From positions 1,170,001-1,202,000 of the forward strand of contig NZ_CP066018.1 of NCBI RefSeq assembly GCF_016127575.1: a stretch of DNA of 32,000 bases, written 5' to 3'. Below the pieces are notes generated by a model that saw only the letters and a list, made by a program, of their open reading frames with translations, did not search any database and had not been told where the DNA came from. The DNA is from Cupriavidus necator. GTDB taxonomy: Bacteria; Pseudomonadota; Gammaproteobacteria; Burkholderiales; Burkholderiaceae. Of this stretch, positions 1 through 8,750 are shown in pieces. The stretch's first letter is position 1. Every line of letters starts with the position of its first letter. Both the position numbers and the translations under genes were made by a program.

Positions 1-507
1 CAGCCCCAGCCGGCGGCCCCTGGTGCCCAGGCGCGCGAGCGGCTCGACCACCAGGGTCTGGCCGTCCGGCAGCTCGATCGGGGTCGGTTCGGTGATTTCC
101 TCGGAGAGCGAGCCCAGGCGCACGTTCAGGCCCGCCTGGCGCATGATCAGCGACAGCCGCGCCACGTTCTGCAGGTAGAACATGTTGCGGGTATGCCGCT
201 CGGGGATCAGCAGCAGGTTCTTGGCGTCCGGGCAGATCTTCTCGATCGCCGCCATCGCCGCCTGCACCGCCAGCGGCAGCATTTCCGGGGCCAGGTTGTT
301 GAATCCGCCCGGGAACAGGTTGGTGTCGACCGGCGCCAGCTTGAAGCCGGCGTTGCGCAGGTCCACCGAGCAATAGAACGGAGGGGTATGCTCCTGCCAT
401 TCCAGCCTGAACCAGCGCTCGATGGACGGCGTGGCGTCCAGGATTTTCTTTTCCAGTTCGAGCAGCGGACCGTTCAGCGCGGTGATGAGATGCGGGACCA
501 TATCCAT
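1..507 (-). CDS. gshA: glutamate--cysteine ligase, N-terminal ~169 codons (gene runs off the left edge)
   Basis: The frame is open to the window edge, so it is absent from the ORF track. My translation from ATG 505-507: MDMVPHLITALNGPLLELEKKILDATPSIERWFRLEWQEHTPPFYCSVDLRNAGFKLAPVDTNLFPGGFNNL... I recognise this as the betaproteobacterial/Acidithiobacillus-type GshA family (recall, not a search). The in-frame ATG at 499-501 (MVPH...) has a better GGA spacing and may be the true start. A TACAAT -10-like hexamer lies at 540-545 (minus). Confidence 0.7.
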   Translation of the reverse strand, partial: MDMVPHLITALNGPLLELEKKILDATPSIERWFRLEWQEHTPPFYCSVDLRNAGFKLAPVDTNLFPGGFNNLAPEMLPLAVQAAMAAIEKICPDAKNLLLIPERHTRNMFYLQNVARLSLIMRQAGLNVRLGSLSEEITEPTPIELPDGQTLVVEPLARLGTRGRRLGL

Positions 508-658
508 CCTATAAATCGTCGTCTTAATCGTTCGCCCCGATTGTAGAGGAACGGCCAACCAGGCGCTGGCACACCCCTTATAAGGATATGCATGGCCGGG
601 CCTGAGGGATAACGATATGGGGATGGGCGGCGCGAAATAAAGAGCCGGCCGCACCGGC

Positions 659-686
659 AAAAAAAAAAGCGCGGCAATGCCGCGCT
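659..686 (-). terminator. Rho-independent terminator (minus strand)
   Basis: The minus strand reads AGCGCGGC-ATT-GCCGCGCT followed by a 10-nt T run (A-run 659-668 on +). A second short hairpin, GCCGG-TGCGG-CCGGC (644-658), with a TCTTTATTT tail follows immediately. Confidence 0.6.
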
Positions 687-970
687 CTTAAATGGCCTGA
701 CAGATACGGGGAGCGTTCTGCAGGTGGAGGAAACTGCCTCACTGGCAATGTATGTGCCCCGCACATTAAAGACAATTGAAGCTTTTTAAGATCGGAGTTA
801 AGCACTTTGCGAAAAGCCCGCGCAGCGCGCGGGGGAATCGCCAGCCAGCCCTTGCCGGCGCTCGGCTGGCGGATTTTGCGAGGAAGCTCGGAAATCCCCC
901 CGAAGCATTCGCGGCACGCGTTGTTCGGCCATGGCTGACCGCCAAATGTATGCAATCTCAGGCAATGCCG

Positions 971-1000
971 GAAAGAAAAAAGCCCGGCACGCGGCCGGGC
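971..1000 (-). terminator. Rho-independent terminator of amtB
   Basis: The minus strand reads GCCCGGC-CGCGT-GCCGGGC followed by TTTTTTCTTTC, about 55 nt after the amtB stop (1055-1057). Confidence 0.7.
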
Positions 1001-1054
1001 GAAAACTCCTGAGAGAAGATTCCCAATCAGCTCTCCAGCACAACACTTTTGCGC

Positions 1055-2602
1055 TCAGACTTCATACGCGGTCTCGCCGTGCGAGGTGATATCCAGGCCC
1101 TCGCGTTCTTCGTCTTCCGGCACCCGCAGGCCGATCAGCATGTCCACCAGCTTGTAGGCCACGAAGGCGACCACGCCGGACCACACCACGGTGGTCAGCA
1201 CGCCTTCGAACTGGATCCACAGCTGGCCGGCGATCGAGTAGTCGTCCGCCACCTTGTTGGCCACGTAGTCGTAGATGCCCGTGCCGCCGAGGCTGGGCGC
1301 GGCAAACACGCCGGTCAGCAGCGCACCCACGATGCCGCCCACGCCGTGCACGCCGAACACATCCAGCGAGTCGTCCATGCCCAGCATGCGCTTCAGGCCG
1401 GTCACTCCCCACAGGCACAGCAGGCCGGCGATCAGGCCCATCACGATCGAGCCCATCGGGCCGACAAAGCCGGCCGCCGGGGTGATCGCCACCAGGCCAG
1501 CCACCGCGCCCGAGGCGCCGCCCAGCATCGACGGCTTGCCTTTGCCGATCCACTCGCCGAAGGTCCACGCCAGCACTGCTGCGCAGGTGGCCAGCAGCGT
1601 GTTGACGAAGGCCAGCGCGGCCGAGCCGTTGGCTTCCAGCGCCGAGCCGGCGTTGAAGCCGAACCAGCCGAACCACAGCAGCGAGGCACCCACCATGGTG
1701 AAGGTCAGGCTGTGCGGACGGATCGCCTCACGGCCGAAGCCGATGCGCTTGCCGAACATGTAGGCGCCCACCAGGCCGGCCACGGCCGCGTTGATGTGCA
1801 CCACGGTGCCGCCGGCGAAGTCGAGCGCGCCCTTCTGGAACAGCCAGCCCGACTTGGCGGTCGCGGCGGCGCCGGCAGCAGCGTCGGTGTAGGCGTCCGG
1901 ACCCGGCCAGAACCAGACCATGTGGGCCATCGGGATGTAGGAGAAGGTGAACCACAGCACCACGAACACCAGCACGGCCGAGAACTTGGCGCGTTCGGCG
2001 AAGGCGCCGATGATCAGGCCGCAGGTGATGCAGGCGAAGGCGCACTGGAAGGCGAAGTAGCCCAGTTCCGGCACCACCACGCCCTTGCTGAAGGTGGCGG
2101 CCACGGCCTCGACCGTCAGCCCCTTCATGAAGAGCCGGTCGGTGCCGCCGAAGAAGGCGTTGCCCTCGGTGAAGGCAAAGCTGTAGCCATAGATCGCCCA
2201 CAGCAGCGCCACCAGCGAGAAGATCACCAGGCACTGCATCAGCACCGACAGCATGTTCTTGGAGCGCACCAGGCCGCCGTAGAACAGCGCCAGGCCGGGC
2301 AGCGTCATCAGGATCACGAAGGCGGTCGAGACCAGCAGCCAGGCGGTGTCGCCCTTGTTGGGCACCGGTGCGGCCGGCGCGGCGGCCGCTTCCGCGGGGG
2401 CGGCGGCCGGTGCGGCCGCGGCGGCAGCCGGCGCCGAAGCTTCGGCAGCGGCTGCAGCGGGGGCGGCGGAGGCGGCCGGGGCAGATGCCTCGGCGGCCGG
2501 CTTGTCCTGTGCGGCGGCCGGCGTGGAGATGCCCACGCCCGCCGTGCCGATGGCCAGCGCCATCGCGCCGGCCGTCAGGAATCGCTTGAACCAGGTTTTC
2601 AT
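1055..2602 (-). CDS. amtB: ammonium transporter AmtB (515 aa) with signal peptide and an Ala/Pro/Glu-rich N-terminal spacer
   Basis: Part of ORF 1055..3022(-), trimmed to ATG 2600-2602 (MKTWFKRFLTAGAMALAIG...) with AAGAGG 8 nt upstream. The body is a typical Amt/MEP polytopic sequence (…LPGLALFYGGLVRSKN…, …GGTVVHINAAVAGLVGAY…, …DDSLDVFGVHGVGGIVGALLTG…). It sits immediately downstream of glnK. Confidence 0.95.
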   Translation of the reverse strand: MKTWFKRFLTAGAMALAIGTAGVGISTPAAAQDKPAAEASAPAASAAPAAAAAEASAPAAAAAAPAAAPAEAAAAPAAPVPNKGDTAWLLVSTAFVILMTLPGLALFYGGLVRSKNMLSVLMQCLVIFSLVALLWAIYGYSFAFTEGNAFFGGTDRLFMKGLTVEAVAATFSKGVVVPELGYFAFQCAFACITCGLIIGAFAERAKFSAVLVFVVLWFTFSYIPMAHMVWFWPGPDAYTDAAAGAAATAKSGWLFQKGALDFAGGTVVHINAAVAGLVGAYMFGKRIGFGREAIRPHSLTFTMVGASLLWFGWFGFNAGSALEANGSAALAFVNTLLATCAAVLAWTFGEWIGKGKPSMLGGASGAVAGLVAITPAAGFVGPMGSIVMGLIAGLLCLWGVTGLKRMLGMDDSLDVFGVHGVGGIVGALLTGVFAAPSLGGTGIYDYVANKVADDYSIAGQLWIQFEGVLTTVVWSGVVAFVAYKLVDMLIGLRVPEDEEREGLDITSHGETAYEV

Positions 2603-2634
2603 GTGCTTAACCTCTTGTGATGTGCTGTCTCGGG

Positions 2635-3823
<1,189 letters not shown>

Positions 3824-3904
3824 GGGTTTCTTCTCCTTTTTTCCTGAGGCTCGGATTTCGTTTCTTGGATTTCGGTGATTCAATGACGCTGGCGCACCAA
3901 CTAC

Positions 3905-3920
3905 TGCAACTGCCATGCCA
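3905..3920 (-). promoter_or_regulatory. sigma-54 (-24/-12) promoter for porin-glnK-amtB
   Basis: The minus strand reads TGGCAT-GGCAG-TTGCA (consensus TGGCAC-N5-TTGCW), about 85 nt upstream of the porin ATG. No comparable element lies directly upstream of glnK. Confidence 0.65.
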
Positions 3921-4180
3921 GCTCTTCGGAAATCGGCGGCCCATGTTGGCCGTGATGGCGTGCCGTGACCAAAGCCAGACTTGAATCTGCCCTGCAGCGA
4001 AGCCAGATCAGGTTAAAAGGTGTGAACGCGGATGCGCCGGAGCTTTCGCCCACGTGCCTCACGGGCGATAATTGAGTCCTGACGGTGGCCGCGTGCGCGA
4101 CACCCAGGCCGCGCGCCCGCAATCGGGGCGCCCAATTCCTGTGCGAAAGCGCGCTAAACGCCAGATGCCCACCCGGATTG

Positions 4181-4195
4181 GCACCAGTTAGGTGC
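4181..4195. promoter_or_regulatory. possible NtrC-type enhancer site
   Basis: GCACC-AGTTA-GGTGC is a perfect dyad resembling the NtrC consensus TGCACC-N5-GGTGCA. However, it lies ~260 bp from the -24 element and directly abuts the ubiK Shine-Dalgarno. It is a single site only. Confidence 0.3.
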
Positions 4196-4209
4196 GCAAA
4201 GGAGAAACC

Positions 4210-4488
4210 ATGAAACCGACCGATCTCTTCAACGACCTGCAGAACAAGGTCAGCGAGGCGCTGCGCAACTCGCCGGCAAGGGACATCGAAAAGAACGTGC
4301 GCAGCATGATGACCCAGGGCTTTGCCAAGCTGGACCTGGTCACGCGCGAGGAATTCGACGTCCAGTCGCAGGTGCTGGCCCGCACCCGCGCCCGCCTGGA
4401 GGAACTGGAGGGCCGCGTGGCGGAGCTTGAGCGCCGCGCCGGCATCACGCCCGGCGCCGGCTCGGTGGACTCGACCGGGGGCGCGTGA
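4210..4488 (+). CDS. ubiK: ubiquinone biosynthesis accessory factor UbiK (YqiC/BMFP family, 92 aa)
   Basis: ORF 4192..4488 trimmed to ATG 4210 (AAAGGAGAAACC-ATG). MKPTDLFNDLQNKVSEALRNSPARDIEKNVRSMMTQGFAKLDLVTREEFDVQSQVLARTRARLEELEGRVAELE is the typical BMFP coiled-coil sequence. Confidence 0.85.
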   Translation: MKPTDLFNDLQNKVSEALRNSPARDIEKNVRSMMTQGFAKLDLVTREEFDVQSQVLARTRARLEELEGRVAELERRAGITPGAGSVDSTGGA

Positions 4489-4523
4489 GCACGCCGGTCC
4501 TGCCCGATCCAACCCGCCGCCTG

Positions 4524-4552
4524 AAGGCCGCCACTCCTGGCGGCCTTTTTCG
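4524..4552 (+). terminator. Rho-independent terminator of ubiK
   Basis: AAGGCCGCC-ACTCCT-GGCGGCCTT followed by TTTCGTT. Confidence 0.7.
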
Positions 4553-4568
4553 TTAACAGTTCGATGAC

Positions 4569-6113
4569 ATGAGCCTTGCCGTCCTACGCAGCCGGGCACT
4601 GACCGGCATCGCCGCGCCGCCGGTGCGGGTCGAGACCCACCTCGCCAACGGCCTGCCGGCATTCACCATCGTCGGCCTGGCCGACACCGGCGTGCGCGAA
4701 AGCCGCGAGCGCGTGCGCGCCGCCATCCTCAACAGCGGTTACGAGTTCCCCAACCGCCGCATCACCGTCAACCTGGCCCCGGCCGACCTGCCCAAGGAAT
4801 CCGGCCGCTTCGACCTGGCCATCGCGCTGGGCATCCTGGCCGCCAGCGGCCAGATCCCGTCCGAGGCACTGGATGCTCATGAGTTCGCCGCCGAGCTGTC
4901 CCTGTCCGGCGAACTGCGCCCCGTGCGCGGCGCGCTGGCCATGGCCATGGGCCTGGCGCGCGACAACGCCGCCCGCGCCGCCGCCGGCGAGGCGCCGCGC
5001 GCCTTCCTGGTGGCCGCAGGCAATGGCGCCGAAGCCGCGCTGATCGAGGACCTGGCGGTGCATGCCGCCGCGACGCTGCGCCAGGCGTGCGACCATCTCT
5101 GCCCCCTGCCCGACGCGCGGCTGCCCCGCTCCATGCCGGCGTTGCTGCCCGCCGCCACGGACCGCGGCCCCGACATGCGCGACGTACGCGGCCAGGCCCA
5201 GGCGCGCCGGGCCATGGAAGTGGCCGCCGCCGGCCAGCATTCCGCCCTGCTGGTGGGCCCGCCGGGCACCGGCAAGTCGATGCTGGCGCAGCGCCTGCCC
5301 GGGCTGCTGCCGCCGATGACGCTGCAGGAAGCACTGGAGTCCGCCGCGGTCATGAGCCTGACGCCGGGCGGCTTCCGCACCGCGCTATGGGGCCAGCGCC
5401 CGTTCCGGTCGCCGCACCATACGGCATCGGGGCCGGCCATGGTCGGCGGCGGCGGCAACCCGCGCCCGGGTGAGATCTCGCTGGCGCACCACGGCGTGCT
5501 GTTCCTGGACGAGCTGCCCGAATTCGACCGCAGGGTGCTGGAAGTCCTGCGCGAGCCGCTGGAATCCGGCCGCATTACCATCGCCCGCGCCGCCGGCCAC
5601 GCCGACTTCCCCGCCTGCTTCCAGTTCGTCGCGGCGATGAACCCCTGCCCGTGCGGCTACCTCGGCCATCCCGACCGCCCCTGCCGCTGCACGCCCGACC
5701 AGGTGCGGCGCTACCAGTCCCGCATCTCCGGCCCGATGCTCGACCGCATCGACCTGCAGGTGGAAGTCCCAGCGCAGGACCAGGGCGAGATGCTCGACGG
5801 CCCGCCTGGCGAACCCAGCGCCGTGGTGTGCACCCGCGTGCTGGCCGCGCGCGAGCGCCAGCTGGCCCGGCAGGGCAAGCCCAACAATGAACTGGGCGGA
5901 CGCGAGATCGAACAGCACTGCACGATGGAAGCACAGGCGCAGGCACTGCTGCGCGGCGCGATGACGCGGCTGGCGTGGTCGGCGCGGTCGTACTACCGCG
6001 TGCTGAAGGTGGCCCGCACCATCGCGGACCTGGAAGGTGCCGAGGTGCTGACCGCCACGCATGTGGGCGAGGCGATCCAGTACCGGCGGGCGTTGCGGAT
6101 GGCGGGCGGTTGA
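4569..6113 (+). CDS. comM: YifB/ComM family Mg-chelatase-like AAA+ ATPase (514 aa)
   Basis: ORF 4569..6113. It has a Lon-protease-like N-domain (MSLAVLRSRALTGIAAPPVRVETHLANGLPAFTIVGLADTGVRESRERVRAAI), a Walker A motif (GPPGTGKS), a Cys cluster (NPCPCGYLGHPDRPCRC) and a C-terminal SARSYYRVLKVARTIADLEG. Confidence 0.9.
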   Translation: MSLAVLRSRALTGIAAPPVRVETHLANGLPAFTIVGLADTGVRESRERVRAAILNSGYEFPNRRITVNLAPADLPKESGRFDLAIALGILAASGQIPSEALDAHEFAAELSLSGELRPVRGALAMAMGLARDNAARAAAGEAPRAFLVAAGNGAEAALIEDLAVHAAATLRQACDHLCPLPDARLPRSMPALLPAATDRGPDMRDVRGQAQARRAMEVAAAGQHSALLVGPPGTGKSMLAQRLPGLLPPMTLQEALESAAVMSLTPGGFRTALWGQRPFRSPHHTASGPAMVGGGGNPRPGEISLAHHGVLFLDELPEFDRRVLEVLREPLESGRITIARAAGHADFPACFQFVAAMNPCPCGYLGHPDRPCRCTPDQVRRYQSRISGPMLDRIDLQVEVPAQDQGEMLDGPPGEPSAVVCTRVLAARERQLARQGKPNNELGGREIEQHCTMEAQAQALLRGAMTRLAWSARSYYRVLKVARTIADLEGAEVLTATHVGEAIQYRRALRMAGG

Positions 6114-6172
6114 ATGCCTCGGCCTAAGCTACAAGCGAAGCCAGCGTCGCAGCCCGCGTTCGGTCAGCCGCA

Positions 6173-7660
6173 TCACGCCTCCTCAGACCACTGCACGCCT
6201 TCGCGCGCCATGAACGCCGACGAAGCCGCCGGGCCCCAGGTGCCGGCGGTATAGGGGCGCGGGCCTTCGTCCTGCTGGCGCCACGCTTCCAGGATCGGGT
6301 CGACCCAGGTCCAGGCGGCCTGCAGTTCGTCGCGCCGCACGAACAGCGCCAGCCGTCCGCGTATCACGTCGAGCAGCAGGCGCTCGTAGGCTTCGGCGCG
6401 CCGGGTGGTGAAGGCCGAGTCCAGGTTCAGCGCCAGGCTCAGCGGCTTCAGCTTCATGCCCTCGCCTGGCTGCTTGACCATCAGCGTCAGCCGCACCGAC
6501 TCTTCCGGCTGCAGCCGGATCACCATGCGGTTGGGCTGCAGCGTGCTGCCGGCATCGAAGATCGAATGCGGCACCTCGGCGAAGTTGATCACCACCTCGG
6601 TCACGCGCTCCTGCATGCGCTTGCCAGTGCGCAGGTAGAACGGCACCTTGTTCCAGCGCCACGTGCCGAGCTCGGCGCGCATCGCGACGAAGGTCTCGGT
6701 GCGGCTGTCTGGCGGAATGCCTTCTTCCTGCAGGTAGCCGCGCACCAGCTCGCCGGCGATGGCGCCCGCGGTGTACTGGCCGCGCACGGTATTGCGGCGT
6801 ACGTCCTCGGGCGACATCGGCCGCAGCGAGCGCAGCACCTTGAGCTTCTCATCGCGCACCGCATCGGAGGTGAGCGCTGCCGGCGGCTCCATCGCCAGGA
6901 TGCTGACCAGCTGCAGCAGGTGGTTCTGCACCATGTCGCGCATGGCGCCGGCCTCGTCGTAGAAGCCGCCGCGCGTGCCCACGCCCACGGTCTCGGCCAC
7001 GGTGATCTGCACGCTGCGCACGAACGGCGTGCGCCACAGCGGCTCGAAGATCGAATTGCCGAAGCGCAGCGCCATCAGGTTCTGCACCGTTTCCTTGCCC
7101 AGGTAGTGGTCGATCCGGTAGGTGCGGTCCTCGCTGAAGTAGCGGCTGACCACCTCGCCGATGCCGATGGCCGAGGCCAGGTCCACGCCCAGCGGTTTTT
7201 CCAGCACCAGCCGGGTGTCGTTGGCGATCAGGCCATGGCTGGCAAGGTTGTCGCAGGTGGCCGCGAACAAGCCCGGCGGCATCGCCATGTAATAGATGCG
7301 CAGCGCCTCCTGGCGCAGTTGCGCGGCCAGCGCCGGATAGTCCCCGGACTGCGACGCGTCAACGTGCACGAAATCCAGCCGCTGCAGGAAGGTCTGCCAT
7401 TTGGCCGGCTCGAGATAGCGCGCTTCGACAAAGGGTTGTGCGCTTTCATCGGCAAAATTGACAAAGGCCTCGCGGTCCCAGCGGTGCCGGCCCACGCCGA
7501 TGATGCGGGTGCCGTCGGGCAGGTTGCCGTCGCGGTGGCACATGTAGAGCGATGGCAGCAGCTTGCGTGCCGACAGGTCGCCGGCGCCGCCGAAGATGAC
7601 GAGGTCCAGTGGCCGCGCGTCGGCAGTGCCGGAAGAAGAGGCGGTTCGGGTGGTTTGCAT
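6173..7660 (-). CDS. zwf: glucose-6-phosphate 1-dehydrogenase (495 aa)
   Basis: ORF 6173..7660(-). It has the NADP-binding motif FGGAGDLSARKLLPSLY and the active-site motif RIDHYLGKE. AAGGAG lies 6 nt upstream of the ATG. It is the last gene of the nag operon. Confidence 0.95.
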   Translation of the reverse strand: MQTTRTASSSGTADARPLDLVIFGGAGDLSARKLLPSLYMCHRDGNLPDGTRIIGVGRHRWDREAFVNFADESAQPFVEARYLEPAKWQTFLQRLDFVHVDASQSGDYPALAAQLRQEALRIYYMAMPPGLFAATCDNLASHGLIANDTRLVLEKPLGVDLASAIGIGEVVSRYFSEDRTYRIDHYLGKETVQNLMALRFGNSIFEPLWRTPFVRSVQITVAETVGVGTRGGFYDEAGAMRDMVQNHLLQLVSILAMEPPAALTSDAVRDEKLKVLRSLRPMSPEDVRRNTVRGQYTAGAIAGELVRGYLQEEGIPPDSRTETFVAMRAELGTWRWNKVPFYLRTGKRMQERVTEVVINFAEVPHSIFDAGSTLQPNRMVIRLQPEESVRLTLMVKQPGEGMKLKPLSLALNLDSAFTTRRAEAYERLLLDVIRGRLALFVRRDELQAAWTWVDPILEAWRQQDEGPRPYTAGTWGPAASSAFMAREGVQWSEEA

Positions 7661-7718
7661 GACGGACTCCTTGCTTGCCGGGGCGGCATGGGGCGGTATT
7701 GGGGCGGTATGGGCCGGC

Positions 7719-8750
7719 TCAGCGCGTCTCGGTCACCTTGCGCAGGTACTGCGGCTGGTCGGGATTGCGGCCGCGTGCCAGCGCCAGCGCCTGCGCCGCG
7801 ACATAGAAGCCCTGGATGGCGCAGACCGGATCGAGCAGCGGATGGCCGGCCGGCACCAGCGGCAACTCCAGGGGCAGCTCCGCATCAACCGTGCCAGGAG
7901 GCGCCGCCAGCAGCACGCGCGCACCGCGCTTGCGCATCTCGGCGGCCAGCGCCAGCAGTCCCGCCTGTTCCGGTCCGCGCGGCGCGAACACCAGCAGCGG
8001 GTAGCCGTCGCCGATGATTTCCATCGGGCCATGCCGCACTTCGGCGCCGGAGAAAGCCTCGGCCTGGATGCCGGAGGTCTCCTTGAGCTTGAGCGCCGCT
8101 TCCTGCGCGATCGCCAGGCCCGCGCCGCGGCCCAGCACGATCATGCGCTCGACGTCGCGCAGCGCTGGCACCAGCGCCGACCAGTCCTGCGCGGCCGCTT
8201 GCGCCAGCGCGGCCGGCAAGCCTGCGCAGGCATCGACCAGTTCGTGCTCGCCGCTGCGTGCGGCCTCGAGATGCCCCACCAGCAGCGCCGACATCGACAG
8301 CATGGCGATATAGCTCTTGGTCGCGGCCACGCTCTGCTCGGGGCCGGCAAGCAGGGGCAGTTCATGCGCGCACGCCTGCGCCAGCGGCGAATCGGGCGCG
8401 TTGACCAGCGCCACGGTGGCGGCGCCGCGGTCGCGCAGCGCTTGCATGGTCTCGACCAGGTCGGGGCTGCGGCCCGACTGCGAGAACGCCACCGCCAGCT
8501 GCCCGGCCACGCGCAGCGCGCTGTCGTGCAGCGTCACCGTCGACATCGGCAGCGAGGCCACCGGCACGCCCAGCCGGCGCGTGACCAGCGTGGCGAAGTA
8601 GCTGGCGGCATGGTCCGAGCTGCCGCGCGCCACGGTCAGCGCCGCGGGCCAGGCCTGCGCGGCGAGTTGCGCAGCCAGCGCGGCCACGCGCGGCGCCTGC
8701 GCCAACTGCGCGGCCACCACGGCCGGCGCGCTCAGCGCCTCTTCAAGCAT
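7719..8750 (-). CDS. nagB: SIS-domain sugar isomerase/deaminase (GlmS-isomerase-like glucosamine-6-phosphate deaminase, NagB-II type, 343 aa)
   Basis: ORF 7719..8903(-) trimmed to ATG 8748-8750 (MLEEALSAPAVV...). This ATG overlaps the nagA stop as ATGCTTGA, implying translational coupling. There are two SIS repeats (…ARGSSDHAASYFATL…, …VLGRGAGLAIAQEAALKLKET…). A start at 8777 is possible but would overlap nagA more deeply. Confidence 0.8.
   Translation of the reverse strand: MLEEALSAPAVVAAQLAQAPRVAALAAQLAAQAWPAALTVARGSSDHAASYFATLVTRRLGVPVASLPMSTVTLHDSALRVAGQLAVAFSQSGRSPDLVETMQALRDRGAATVALVNAPDSPLAQACAHELPLLAGPEQSVAATKSYIAMLSMSALLVGHLEAARSGEHELVDACAGLPAALAQAAAQDWSALVPALRDVERMIVLGRGAGLAIAQEAALKLKETSGIQAEAFSGAEVRHGPMEIIGDGYPLLVFAPRGPEQAGLLALAAEMRKRGARVLLAAPPGTVDAELPLELPLVPAGHPLLDPVCAIQGFYVAAQALALARGRNPDQPQYLRKVTETR

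Noticed and set aside
567-582. TGGCAC-ACCCC-TTAT on the plus strand in the gshA upstream region, resembling a sigma-54 -24/-12 element
   Set aside because: The invariant -12 GC is missing (TTAT instead of TTGC). It points away from gshA into a spacer with no downstream plus-strand gene, so it is probably a chance match.
776-1012. 78-aa plus-strand ORF (TTG start) in the amtB-gshA spacer, and the overlapping minus-strand ORFs 578..955 and 798..1046
   Set aside because: GC3 is about 60% by my count, well below what I see in the genuine genes here. The ORFs run through terminator hairpins and have no Shine-Dalgarno, so I treat the region as non-coding and structured.
2340-2530. GC-rich quasi-repeats (GCGGCSGCC...), considered as a possible CRISPR or other repeat array
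   Set aside because: There is no regular repeat-spacer periodicity. The tract is the in-frame Ala/Pro-rich linker of AmtB, so it is a coding low-complexity region.
1049-2620. 523-aa plus-strand ORF opposite amtB, and the nested ORFs at 1062..1676, 1275..1763, 1728..2234 and 2346..2678
   Set aside because: The composition is Arg/Gly/His/Ala-rich with no recognisable motifs. It lies exactly antisense or out of frame to a well-supported amtB. This is the classic stop-codon-poor mirror frame of a high-GC gene.
6114-6172. comM/zwf convergent gap, checked for a bidirectional terminator
   Set aside because: I found no convincing stem-loop or U tract by eye, so nothing is reported.
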